DNA of 64,000 bases from Leidyana gryllorum EB-2025a (GCA_048772705.1 JBLWGC010000033.1:186001-250000); one strand, 5' to 3'. Shown: positions 11,876 through 22,554, numbered from the stretch's first letter. Translations and numbers: made by a program. Notes: a model not told the origin generated them from the letters alone.

Positions 11876-13201
11876 TCAAGCAGTGTATTCGATGTGGAGC
11901 TTCTTCGGGCGGTCCACAACTTTCACGACCACAGCTGCCGTCTTGCACTCAGTGGTACACTCGATTTCAGGGCACTCGTCAGTGCTGCTCGAGGAGGTAG
12001 TCGTGGTTGGGGTAGTCGTGGTCGGCTCAGTGGTAGTGGTGGTCGGCTCAGTGGTGGTGGTGGTAGTGGTGGTCGGCTCAGTGGTGGTGGTGGTAGTGGT
12101 GGTCGGCTCAGTGGTGGTGGTGGTAGTGGTGGTCGGCTCAGTGGTGGTGGTGGTAGTGGTGGTCGGCTCAGTGGTGGTAGTGGTGGTAGTGGTGGTCGGC
12201 TCAGTGGTGGTAGTAGTAGTGGTGGTAGTAGCCTCAGTAGTGGTAGTGGTGGTAGTTGTAGTGGTGGGCTGAGTAGTAGTGGTGGTAGTAGTGGTAGTAG
12301 TAGGCTGAGTAGTAGTGGTGGTTGGCACAGTGGTGGTGGTGGACGGGGCAGGGGTCGTCGGTCCGGCAGTGGTGGTGGTAGTCGCGCAAGCCGTCTCAGT
12401 CACGGACTTGATGACCTTCAAAACGCTAGTCATGATGTCGGAAGAATCCTCAGCAATGTACTGATAGAAGTCAGATGGCTGGCCGAGGAGGTCTTCGTTG
12501 ACCCATTGCCAGGCGGCGGTAATATTCTGCCAGGCAGGCGTCAAGATGGCAAGATAGATGTTCTTGGCTTTCAACGCTGCAGCCATCTGGTCGGCACTCG
12601 GATATTCGTAGTTGCGGCAGGAGAGGTCAACATTGGGGAGACTGATGGTACCGGGGTTAGCCGGGAGACCCTGAGGAACAGTCTCGAATTGAGACAGCAG
12701 GGCCATGTCACCCGGCAGATGCGGGGGGGCATCAGTGGACATGATGACAACATGGGCACCAACACCGTTGCCAGCGCGAGTGTCCTCGAGGATATCGTGC
12801 CAGCCGACAGAGGGGTCTTGAGCAATGTCAATCAAAGCCTGGAACTGAGCCTCGGGGAGATCACCACCACCAGAAGCATACAGCTTGTCGTAGTCGGCTT
12901 TGAAAGTAGCAACTTCGCCAGTCAGGGCACCATTGAGCTTATAACAGAAGTCAGAGTCTTGTTGGCCGAGGGGATAGTAGGGTTTGTCTTTGAACTCAGC
13001 GACACCAAAGTAAGACTCGGGATTCTGCTCCAAGATGGCAGCAACCATATCGTCAATCTGGCTGACAACGATGGGCAAATCCTTCTCGAAAGATCCAGTA
13101 GTGTCTTGAAGAAACATCACATCAATGGGCAGATAACATTCTTCCTCTTGCGCAAGGCCAGTGCTGATAGCAGCCACAATGAACCAAGTAGAGGTATTCA
13201 T
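11876..13201 (-). CDS. Secreted integrin-beta-like vWA domain protein with Thr-rich mucin stalk (copy 2)
   Basis: vWA domain protein-identical to copy 1; different signal peptide MNTSTWFIVAAISTGLAQ (ATG 13201). Confidence 0.9.
   Translation of the reverse strand: MNTSTWFIVAAISTGLAQEEECYLPIDVMFLQDTTGSFEKDLPIVVSQIDDMVAAILEQNPESYFGVAEFKDKPYYPLGQQDSDFCYKLNGALTGEVATFKADYDKLYASGGGDLPEAQFQALIDIAQDPSVGWHDILEDTRAGNGVGAHVVIMSTDAPPHLPGDMALLSQFETVPQGLPANPGTISLPNVDLSCRNYEYPSADQMAAALKAKNIYLAILTPAWQNITAAWQWVNEDLLGQPSDFYQYIAEDSSDIMTSVLKVIKSVTETACATTTTTAGPTTPAPSTTTTVPTTTTTQPTTTTTTTTTTQPTTTTTTTTTTEATTTTTTTTTEPTTTTTTTTTEPTTTTTTTTEPTTTTTTTTEPTTTTTTTTEPTTTTTTTTEPTTTTTEPTTTTPTTTTSSSSTDECPEIECTTECKTAAVVVKVVDRPKKLHIEYTA
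11998..12383 (-). repeat. Coding ACN (Thr) tandem repeat including near-perfect 30-bp units, mucin stalk of vWA copy 2
   Basis: Unit GTGGTGGTGGTGGTAGTGGTGGTCGGCTCA repeated at 12051-12170. Confidence 0.9.
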
Positions 13202-13740
13202 TTCAAATGTACTTGTAGGAGGGCAGGAGAGGAAAGAGAGAAGGTACGAGTGCTGATAAGACACTTTGACAGTCTTTAAGCCAAGTACCAGTCTCGCACA
13301 CTCTGTGTGCGACCCTACCTGCCTGAAAAGGATTCATGACCTGATCTGGTCAAAAGTCAGGCGATGTATCGGACGCGTTGTGGAACATTTAAGAGTGATA
13401 CAATGATTTTGGTACATTGGGTAGAATGATGACTGGTAGCACTGTCGGGAGGTAGCAGGACGGACGCAGCACACGTGTGCGTTCGTCCGAAATGGGCGAG
13501 ACATGTACACTGTTGTACTACCTGGGAGTTGAGCATGGGTGTCGAGTGCCTACGAGTGTTGTCACGTGCAATTAGGCGTGCCTTTACATCAATTTGATAC
13601 AAATGTTCTGTGCGTATGGTGGTAGTGCGGTGCTGTTATGATCACTGTCGCAGAGACGATCGTGACAGGGGTGAGAAGAGTGCAGCCCCGTGCTACAAGG
13701 ATTTTTGAGTTGGCCCCAGGTTTGCGAGAGAAATGGTTGT

Positions 13741-14173
13741 TCAAGCACTTTCATCAGAAACAGTGACCTCGATATCGACATTGGCGTCAATCTGAGCGAA
13801 GGTAGAGATCTGCTTCATGATTTCGTGAGAAGCGTAGATGTCCACAACTCTCTTGTAAATCCTCAGCTCAAATTTATCCCAGGTCTTGGAACCCTCACCA
13901 CAAGGAGTCTTGCGGGTAGTGATGCGGAGCTTCTTGACAGGCATGCGGATGGGGCCCTTGACGGTGAGGTCCTTCTGCTTGGCCGAGTTGACGAAAGAGG
14001 TTCCGACTGCAGCAGTGTCATTTTGACTGTGAAGGAGTTTCGTGTTGCTTACCGCGCTCGATTGCCTTAAGGTCAGTGGAGTAGAGGGTAATTCGGATAC
14101 GCTGCTTGGGAGCTTCGGCGAGTGGGCCGGCTTCGGCACCAACTTTCTTGCTGGGGTGTACCATGGCGGCCAT
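13741..14173 (-). CDS. RPS20: 40S ribosomal protein S20 (uS10)
   Basis: RIRITL...KGPIRMPVKKLRITTRKTPCGEGSKTWDKFELRIYKRVVD; ATG 14173; intron 14007-14052. Confidence 0.97.
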
Positions 14174-14246
14174 TCTCTCGACTGGAGCGTTCAAAAAAAA
14201 GCCAAAAGGTCACAAAGAGTGAGAGTAACAGAATTTGTTTGGTCTC

Positions 14247-16017
14247 ATGATTCCAGAGGCCCTTGACCTCTTACGTCACATCCTCTTCGCAACCAATGCT
14301 CGTGTCGTGTTTGTAACGGGGGCAGGTAATATCGCCGCACCCATTCTGCTGTTAGTCTCTATCTGATTAGGTGTATCTGTTAAAAGTGGAGTCCCTTTGT
14401 ATCGGTCCAACAACGCTGCGTGTTCGTCATCTCCGTCTGAAGAGGAGGATGAATCCGCGGAGGAGGCCCCTGTGTCTCCTCAGGACAGCAGTTCAGCCGA
14501 AGCAGCGAATGAGTCGTGTGTGAAAGAACCGCAGTCCGCTACTCTGGAAACTCCGCCTGAGAGGGGGGATATTGAAGGCGATGGTGTCCAGGTCAAGGAG
14601 GAGTCTGACCGAACCTCGCTGAAGAGTAGTGGTTCGGTGGGAGGTGACGAGGCCTACGTGTCTCTTTCTGACCGAGAGGATGCCCCCGCTGAAGAGTCTT
14701 CGTTGGGGCGATCCCCAGTTCCCCCCAGCAGCGGGATGTCCGAGCCGACCGAGTCGCGGCCGAGACCGAAATCGAAGCCACGGTCTCGTCCGAATCGCCG
14801 AGGGAAGAGGCGCGAGGCGGCTATATGGGACAGCAAACTCGAGATGATGGCTCGGCGATCATCCTTCCTATGTGATCCTCGTTCATGGTACAGATACTTT
14901 TGGTTCGACACCCACCACGTGGAGACTTTCCTACGGGCGTTACCGAATGAAGCTCATCTGGCTATCGGGGCTCTTTGTGAACTTTTGCCCAATCGGTTCA
15001 AATGCATTACGCAGAATGTCGACGCTCTGCACCAGCGGGGCGGGTGCCCTTCGAAATGTCTGATAGAAGTTCATGGACGGATCGGTCTCTACCGTTGCAC
15101 TGGTTCTAACTGTCCTAACGGCACCGATAGAACCCTCACTGCAGACGACCTGGAGTTTATGACGGCGGAAGAAGAGGCAGCCATGGAGCCATATCGGCCG
15201 GGAGACTATCCGATAATAGCCGAGATGTATGCAAAAGAGGCCGCAAAGGCGGTGAGCCGCGGGCTCACTATCCCCGATTACCCTATGCCCTGTTGTCCTC
15301 GGTGTCGTTCCATTGTGATGCCTCTGGTGAGTTTCCGCTGCGACTTGACGACCACTGTTTTATCAGACACTCCTCTTCGATGAGACTTATGAGTCTCATC
15401 GCTTTTTCCAATTCAACGACGTTGTCCGGTGGCTGCGAGACGCAGACGTCGTTGTGTTCTCCGGTACTTCCTTTGCGGTGTACTTTACGGCCCACGCCAT
15501 TGTCATGTCGATGGCTCTCAAGAAACTGGTCTTCAACATCAACCCGGCTCCCGCCAAAGACGAAGACTTTGCCGGCTATGACAGATTCACCACCATAGCG
15601 AATCTCCAGGCGTCGACGGTTCCGGGGGCGGCCCGGAACCGTGTCGTTGGCAGTGCTATGGAAACTGATCGCATGAATATCACGGATGCCATGATGTTCA
15701 ATTGGGAGAGCGGTGACGAGCCGGATCGGGATCTGTGCGAGAATGAAGGGCACAACGATCTGTCCTCGGGGGCTTCAAGTCCGATAAAAAAGAACGAAGG
15801 TGAAGATCTCAATGTTCCCTTCAGGGATCTACGACGGGCCCTTCTCGTCGAGATCACAATGCCAGCTGATGAGGCATTAATGTCTATCCTTCCGAAAGCA
15901 GTACTCAATATTGTTAACGAGAAGGAACAGGATCTACGACTGGACGAACTACGCGACCGTTGGAGAGGTCGAGATTCAAAAATACCAGAAGCCCTCATCG
16001 GATTTCACACCTTGTGA
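14247..16017 (+). CDS. Sir2-family NAD-dependent deacylase with a large acidic insertion
   Basis: TGAGVSVKSGVPLYR, TQNVDALH, EVHG, Cys pairs CTGSNC and CPRC, GTSFAV. Introns at about 14326-14370 and 15327-15366. Confidence 0.9.
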
Positions 16018-16181
16018 CAACCGACGCACACGACAAAACAAATCCGGCCTCAAGTTTTTTTGTAATATTCCAAGTCATTCATCTCCTCCTTCGGCAGCGA
16101 GAGACCCTTCATATATTCACCACCTGTTGTATCCACTTGACGACTCAATTGATTGAATCAGTCACTCATCTACTCGGCGTC

Positions 16182-16388
16182 AGCATATACGGTCTCTGGC
16201 GTCACTCTCCGCCTTGGCCGCCTACACCCGCCGGACACTGACGATCTCCAGGCGATCAACAAAACTCTCTCTCCCGATTATGGGGAGTTTGAGGATTGAC
16301 AGCCGACACTTCCACCATCTAAAAGTGCTATACCGACGAAAGCATATACGGTCTCAGTCCTTCTCCACGCTTTGGCCGCCTACACCCG
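16182..16388. repeat. Diverged direct repeat pair of about 49 bp (16182-16230 and 16341-16388)
   Basis: AGCATATACGGTCTC-N16/17-TTGGCCGCCTACACCCG in both copies. Confidence 0.85.
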
Positions 16389-16603
16389 TCGAATATCAAA
16401 CGGGCTGCGGAACTCAGGCATTGTACGCTTTCAACCGCCACTCTCCCGCAGCCCCACAACGCTAAACTCGAAATCTCACAGCTCTGAACTCAAAGTCTTT
16501 GCGTGTCAAACACCACTAATCTTATGTGTCTAAGTGGGGGAAAAGGTGAGGTTGAGATCTTCACGTTGTGCAGTGCTCGCCTCTCGAGCCACGTGATTGC
16601 AAT

Positions 16604-18205
16604 TTAGGCATCGGCAGTGTGATGCGATACCATATTGTCCGATACCATACCGTCCGATACCACATCGTCCGAGGATTCAATGTTTTCAGATTGGTGAGGG
16701 TCGATATCTGTGGATTGAGGGGCCGTCACGGCTGTGACCTTTGGCCAGAAGGGTCCCTTCAACCCGTGAGAGTCACACAGTTTCCCCAACCCCTCGTGCG
16801 TGAGCTTTTCGTTCACCACAATACACTCGACTCCGTTTCCGCCCGGGACACATTTTTTGAAGAGGCGACACTGTCCTTCGGAATTGACGAAAGCCCAATC
16901 CTCCCCTCTGGCTTCCTGCACGAAGGCCCCTTCGGGTCTTTCAATCTCCAGAGTCCATGCTTTCAAGTCGCAAGTCTCCCGAAAGATGCGAGGATGGGTA
17001 TCGTTCTTGTTGGTGGGCAGATCTTGTGAGCCCATCACCCCTTCCTCTCTCTCCATGCGCACCTCCCATCCCTTCTCAAAGATGTTAACGGTAAGTTTCC
17101 CCTGGTACCACGGCGGGAACTGCATCAAATCGGCGATAGTTCGAAAGTCGTAGAACCGCTCCCCGCCACAGTCGTTCCATGCGATCGACCAACGACTCCA
17201 ACCATATTGCTGTACCCAATCCAATTCCTCGCCGCCTGCATTGACCGGAGTGCCCCCCGGGAGACTTTTCGTCACTGCGTAGCGGGGAGGTACATACAGC
17301 CGAGTCGCGGGTTTGTTCGGGTCTGCCTCATATCTGAGCAGTCCGGCCGGCTCGCGGCAGGATATGGTTTGCAGCATATCACCAGACTTCAAATGCGTCA
17401 CTTCCTGATCTCCACCATCCGAATCGAGATAGTCGTACAGATTGTGCTTGGCTGCGATCGCGTAAAGGTGGTCGACCGCTCCCCAGAAAGACACTGCCGA
17501 GAGGGCAGGTACTGCGGCCCTCCTGGCAGTATCCAATGTTAGGGAGACGGCTGTCTTCCACATGGGAAGTGCGACCGTCAGATTTGCGGCGCCGCTCGCC
17601 TCAGTCGTGACATTGCCTTTCGCCTCAATTCTCTGATACGCTGCTGACTTGGGGTCATAATAATAAATGGTCACTTTGTTTGATCGGTCCTGAGGGTTCC
17701 GGAGGAGGGCAATTGGGAACTTTTGACCGTTGGAGGTGGAGACGTTCAATATTCGTGCGTCAGTGTGACTTGAGGGTAATCGAATATCATTATTGCCGGT
17801 GGGAGGAGCGGTCAAACCTGCGACCAACTTATACTTCTGCCGGGCATCTTCGTATCGGTCAAAATCGGAATTCATTGACCCGTCACCGACCACCACACCG
17901 TCTGCGAATTGCCAATGTCTCGTTGTGCCCTCTGGGGTCAACTCCTCCTCGGCCCCAATCACATCCATGAAGTATCCGGTATGAGAGCTCATCACCCAAC
18001 TCACGGACGGGGCGCAACTGCAGTTCCGTTTGTAATAAGAGAACCCATCCTCTCTGGTCTCGCAATCCAACGTCTCCCTCTCATGGAGTTCCCATGGCTC
18101 CACGTCCACTGGGGCTTTAGTGGCGAGCGCATATCCAGCAGCAGCCGGCAGATGTGCCAACAGATTGGCGTCTCGGTTGGTATGCTTCACAAGCGGTGCT
18201 CTCAT
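16604..18205 (-). CDS. Unknown-family protein, tandem paralog 3 (intronless)
   Basis: Starts MRAP (ATG 18205, preceded by A9). Shares EPWxxHE, YxLVAxLTxP, HTDAR, RLY, GWSRWS, PxWYQG and EEGxM with paralogs 1 and 2. Confidence 0.88.
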   Translation of the reverse strand: MRAPLVKHTNRDANLLAHLPAAAGYALATKAPVDVEPWELHERETLDCETREDGFSYYKRNCSCAPSVSWVMSSHTGYFMDVIGAEEELTPEGTTRHWQFADGVVVGDGSMNSDFDRYEDARQKYKLVAGLTAPPTGNNDIRLPSSHTDARILNVSTSNGQKFPIALLRNPQDRSNKVTIYYYDPKSAAYQRIEAKGNVTTEASGAANLTVALPMWKTAVSLTLDTARRAAVPALSAVSFWGAVDHLYAIAAKHNLYDYLDSDGGDQEVTHLKSGDMLQTISCREPAGLLRYEADPNKPATRLYVPPRYAVTKSLPGGTPVNAGGEELDWVQQYGWSRWSIAWNDCGGERFYDFRTIADLMQFPPWYQGKLTVNIFEKGWEVRMEREEGVMGSQDLPTNKNDTHPRIFRETCDLKAWTLEIERPEGAFVQEARGEDWAFVNSEGQCRLFKKCVPGGNGVECIVVNEKLTHEGLGKLCDSHGLKGPFWPKVTAVTAPQSTDIDPHQSENIESSDDVVSDGMVSDNMVSHHTADA

Positions 18206-18309
18206 TGCTTTTTTTTTGCGGTCGGCTCCCGTCAACTACTATGCCGACCAACAACAGGGATCGTGAGGACGGTCGGAATAGCGAGTTTTATACTGTCGGG
18301 ACTGACATA

Positions 18310-18351
18310 AAGAGTTGTTCAACGTACCGAAAGAGTTGTTCAACGTACCGA
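18310..18351. repeat. Perfect 21-bp tandem duplication
   Basis: AAGAGTTGTTCAACGTACCGA x2. Confidence 0.95.
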
Positions 18352-18494
18352 TCCGCACAATTGTTGACAGCTGCGAGACTCGAGAGAAGAGTGTCGATCA
18401 AAGCTGTCTACAGGTGGTAACTTTACGGAGTGGCGTTGGGGGGACAATAGGTTTAACAGCGAGACCAGTCAGAGTTGTGGACAAATTATTCTTT

Positions 18495-20045
18495 CTAACT
18501 TTGCTGCTCCCAAAAGACGTCGTCTTCCTCTTCTGATGTATCGTCGTCGTCAGGCTGCGGAGAGTGCCTCAACTTATGAATCTTTTCCAAGAACTCTTCC
18601 GCCTCGTTACCATCGAAAACAGACGCTTCGTCCGGAAGCCGTTGGTATTGAATAGTTTCACCGTCAGAAGAATGGCTGTAGAAGTTGTACTTGAAATCGT
18701 TCCACTCGACGCACCATCCACGACCGCCAAAAGCTGTTAGGAACTGATCGGCTGTGGACATTTGACCCAAAGTCCAAATGTCCTTTTTGGTGTAATAGCG
18801 GAACACAAAGGTGAGGGGGTCATCAGATGTTTGCATGGGCATGAGTCCCTCCTCTTCCTGCAAGCGCACCTCCACCATGTCGTCCTCCACTACCTTAACG
18901 AGAATGCTTCCCTGATACCATGGCGGCAACATCCCGTTCTCCAATAGGCACGTTCGCAGAAGAGAGAGGGTAGAAGAGACTGCTTCATCGAGCTTTTCCC
19001 TAGCCCCTTCCTCGTCGAGAGTCTCCGGCCAGTGGATCGACCAACGACTCCATCCCCGCAGTTGAAGCCAATCAAAGTCCTCTCCTTGACCGAAAATCAG
19101 ATTATTACTGCAGGGGAGGGACTGCGAAGAGCCCAGACAAGTCGGTACGTACAGTCTGTCTGGACGTTCCTGGTCGGCACCAGTTCGCATGATGAACTGG
19201 AGTCGTTCGTCCTCGAACAGCTCGAAGTAATCTCCAGTCGGTCGATGTGTGTAACAGGGCCACTCCGTCGACTGCTCCTTGACAAACTCTCCCGCCATCT
19301 CGAATTGGTGAAGCAACAACAAGAAGCGCTCTGTCGCGGGAATGACGAGTGGTGGAGACGGCTCTCTCCATTCGCGTCGAATGGTCAAATCGACTCCCCG
19401 GCCTGAAGGCAGTTTAAGTCCAAATGCCCAGTGGGCCCCGCCTCTCGTTATCGTGCCAGAGCGTCGGTACCCTTCGTACTTTCCCTCTCCCGGGTTAAAG
19501 TACACAATGTACAGCAACTGATTGAACAGGGACGGGTCGCGCAGTACAGCAACCGGGAGAACCGTGTTCTGATCCTTCACGAGGATGACTCGAGCGTCAG
19601 TGTGAGTGTCGGGTATTTGAGATATGAGATCATCTTTGTCTTCTGAGGGATGCGTCAACGCCGCCACCAACCGGTACATCATACCAACCTCTTCACGGCA
19701 TTGCGCAAGTGACTTTTTTGGGTAGTCTCCAAACTCGATAGTTTGTTCGAACCGCCACCTCCGCACTTTCTTGGTATTCCCGATCCTCTGGTTGCACCCA
19801 ATGACACTGATCACGTCGTCCATCCAGTTATCCTGAATCCACTCGATATTCTTAAGGCGGTTGCAGCAAGTTGGAACAGTTGTGAAGAATCGGCCATCGT
19901 GAGAATCAATCCTTTTCCATTCGTGCAGAGTCCAGGGCTCAATTTCAATTGGAGTTTTTACGGCAGTAGTGCACTCGAGGAGCGACGCAAACGCTCTGGA
20001 GAGGCCTCCTGACTTGGAAACAGAGACAACGGCAGGAATTCTCAT
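18495..20045 (-). CDS. Unknown-family protein, tandem paralog 2 (intronless)
   Basis: MRIP start (20045) aligns with MRTP and MRAP of its paralogs; alternative ATG at 20057; same motif series. Confidence 0.88.
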   Translation of the reverse strand: MRIPAVVSVSKSGGLSRAFASLLECTTAVKTPIEIEPWTLHEWKRIDSHDGRFFTTVPTCCNRLKNIEWIQDNWMDDVISVIGCNQRIGNTKKVRRWRFEQTIEFGDYPKKSLAQCREEVGMMYRLVAALTHPSEDKDDLISQIPDTHTDARVILVKDQNTVLPVAVLRDPSLFNQLLYIVYFNPGEGKYEGYRRSGTITRGGAHWAFGLKLPSGRGVDLTIRREWREPSPPLVIPATERFLLLLHQFEMAGEFVKEQSTEWPCYTHRPTGDYFELFEDERLQFIMRTGADQERPDRLYVPTCLGSSQSLPCSNNLIFGQGEDFDWLQLRGWSRWSIHWPETLDEEGAREKLDEAVSSTLSLLRTCLLENGMLPPWYQGSILVKVVEDDMVEVRLQEEEGLMPMQTSDDPLTFVFRYYTKKDIWTLGQMSTADQFLTAFGGRGWCVEWNDFKYNFYSHSSDGETIQYQRLPDEASVFDGNEAEEFLEKIHKLRHSPQPDDDDTSEEEDDVFWEQQS

Positions 20046-20245
20046 TGGTCGCCACATTTTTTTTCCCGTCAATCGGTTGATCTGCAATCGGCACATGTCA
20101 TTTTGGCCAACATTCACAATACTCAATGGCCATTCATACTCTACAGATCCATCAATAAATGAGTCCGAAACCACTTTTGTCTCAGCCACGAGTAAAAATG
20201 ATACAGAAAGCGGCGCTTTTGTTGATCGATTGACCAAAACAATGC

Positions 20246-21814
20246 TCAGATAGCCGCGGCCGTGAGCGACTCGGAACAAATATTTGAGGTCAGATCACTG
20301 TCATTCTGCTCCTCCAGAGACTGCTGCTGCTGTCTCATTCGGCTACACAATGCGTCAAAGTCATCAAGAGAACACTTCTCATATACGCCAACGCATTCAA
20401 CGGGCCCTTCTCCGCCCTGAGTGTGGGCGAACAGGCGATATTTTCCATCAGAATTGATGAGACGCCATCCATAACCGCCGCCCGCCTCAACGAGCGCTCC
20501 TTCGCGGGTCTCAACAGCTAATACCCAACTGTTTTTAGAGCAATCCTGGCGGTAAATCCGGGGAGACGTATCGGATGACTCTGGTCGGGAAGCCATGATG
20601 CCTTCCTCTCTCTCCAGACGCGTTTCCCATACATTGTCTTCCACCTGCCGCGTGGTAAAGCGTCCCTGGTACCATGCGGGCAACAGCCCATTTTCAATGA
20701 TGCACGTGCGAATGAAACCGTTGTAATCCTGGTATGGACTGGCGGTCGTGACGCCGTCTCCTTTCCCACCATCCGGCCAAATTAGAGACCAACGACTCCA
20801 TCCGTGTTCTTGGACCCAATCCAAGTCTTCTCCCTTCTCCGAGAGACACGAATCGCTACACGGAAGGGATTTGGACGCGGCGTAAGGGGTCCGAATATAC
20901 AATCTGTGTGGATCTGGACAGCCGTACTTGAAGCGTAACAGGGCGCCCAGTACAGCACCTTCAACTTGTATGAGATGATCACCACTGGCTCGATGCTCCA
21001 AAAACGAAGGCCCTTCGTCGAACTGGAAGTAATTCGGTGGCTGACAGCGACCAGCCAAATTATGGAGCTCATCCCACGCCAGTGCCCCTTTTCCCTCAAA
21101 GACAGGTGGAATTGGTTTCCAGTCCCGTCTCACTTTGAGTGACACATTGCGCCCTCCAATTGGGACCTCAACAATCAGCACGTTGGCGCCACTCTTGTCA
21201 GCCGTAACAGCAGCCGTTGCTGCAACTCGTTGGTACTCTTCTTTTCTCGCATCATAGTAGAGGACAATTGTCTCATTTTTCGACTCATCATCACCGAGGG
21301 GGTTGCGAAGCACAGCAACCGCGAGAGGCTCACCGTCGTTGTCGACGAGTAGCACTCGAGCGTCAGTATGAGTCTCGGGTATTTCGACCTCCAAATCCTT
21401 GGTACCAACAATCGCGGGATACGTTAGACCCGCCACCAATCGGTACATTAGAGAGATCTCACCACAGCACTCTGCAACGGACTTGGTGGAGGGCTCTCCG
21501 AAATCCGGCGGGTTCTCGAACCGCCACGTCCGCATCCCTCCGACTCTCAAATCCTCATCGCACCCGATCAGACTGATCAGTTCCCCTCCCATCTCGTTCA
21601 ATACCCATTTGACGTTCTCACTTGGGGTACAACAAGTTGCCACGGCCTTCTCGAGCTCGTCATCGAGATATTCACTCGTCCATTCGTGGATGCACCAAGG
21701 CTCAACGTGGGTGGGCGGCCTGGCGGCAACGGCGGATTCTATGACGGAGAAGACTTTATTGAGCGAAACCTTCCGGCTATGACCATTGACAGCGGCAAAT
21801 TGGGGAGTTCGCAT
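20246..21814 (-). CDS. Unknown-family protein, tandem paralog 1 (intronless)
   Basis: 522-aa ORF starting MRTP; same motif series. Confidence 0.88.
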   Translation of the reverse strand: MRTPQFAAVNGHSRKVSLNKVFSVIESAVAARPPTHVEPWCIHEWTSEYLDDELEKAVATCCTPSENVKWVLNEMGGELISLIGCDEDLRVGGMRTWRFENPPDFGEPSTKSVAECCGEISLMYRLVAGLTYPAIVGTKDLEVEIPETHTDARVLLVDNDGEPLAVAVLRNPLGDDESKNETIVLYYDARKEEYQRVAATAAVTADKSGANVLIVEVPIGGRNVSLKVRRDWKPIPPVFEGKGALAWDELHNLAGRCQPPNYFQFDEGPSFLEHRASGDHLIQVEGAVLGALLRFKYGCPDPHRLYIRTPYAASKSLPCSDSCLSEKGEDLDWVQEHGWSRWSLIWPDGGKGDGVTTASPYQDYNGFIRTCIIENGLLPAWYQGRFTTRQVEDNVWETRLEREEGIMASRPESSDTSPRIYRQDCSKNSWVLAVETREGALVEAGGGYGWRLINSDGKYRLFAHTQGGEGPVECVGVYEKCSLDDFDALCSRMRQQQQSLEEQNDSDLTSNICSESLTAAAI

Positions 21815-22176
21815 ATCGGCTGGCCTTTTTTTTCACCCTTTGGCCGCCTGAAAATGCTTCATCAGACGTAAAACTGCCAGAATAGAAAGGCGAGAGGTCA
21901 GAGAGAGACAGAAAGAGATGATACGTAGAGAATTTGGCCACAACGTCCCTGGACAGACATTATCTTTGTCTCTCGCTGTTGACGGAGTGCACCAATCTCA
22001 GCACAAAGCCGATGCTGTCGCGATCGACGTAGGGGTCGATGACTTCGAGCGATTCTTTCGGCCGCCGATATCGCTGACAAAGCGATGAAAATAGATTCCT
22101 TTCGGAGTCTGCTGCCGACTCCCAGCCAGATAGACATAATACGACAGACAAGAGAGTACTTGACGTACGGGAAAGT

Positions 22177-22260
22177 CCGCGATCGGATCCCTTTAGGCCG
22201 CGATCAGATCCCTTTAGGCCGCGATCGGGTCCCTTTAGGCCGCGATCGGGTCCCTTTAGG
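22177..22260. repeat. 21-bp minisatellite x4
   Basis: CCGCGATCRRRTCCCTTTAGG four times without spacers. Confidence 0.95.
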
Positions 22261-22554
22261 TAAGACATGTGGAAGATGGCTTGGTGATGGTGCCCTTCCC
22301 TCCTCGTTTGCAGAACTTCGCCCTGGAGGCTACGCCGGAAGTCATCAGTGATGACAGATGGTTGACAGAATTTGATCGCTGACTAAGAGCTAAGGGACAG
22401 CGGAAGCGGCTCCAACGGAGACGGAAGGCCGCCGGTCTGCCCGCTAAAGAGAGCTGTTTTTCACTAAGCGCAAACACGTTCCAGCGTTTGTCTATGAAAA
22501 TGCGACGACGAAGGAGCTCTCTCAGCATTACAGAACACAGTCTATTGAAAGGGT

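Noticed and set aside
10355-13279. Long plus-strand Gly/Ser/Arg- and Val-rich ORFs
   Set aside because: They are antisense shadows of the Thr-repeat vWA genes on the minus strand.
20046-20279. N-terminal extension of paralog 2 overlapping paralog 1
   Set aside because: It uses a non-ATG start; paralog alignment and the A8 tract place the start at 20045 or 20057.
22177-22260. CRISPR-like or telomere-like array (contains TTTAGG)
   Set aside because: There are no unique spacers or cas genes, and the 21-bp unit is not a tandem TTTAGGG telomere repeat.
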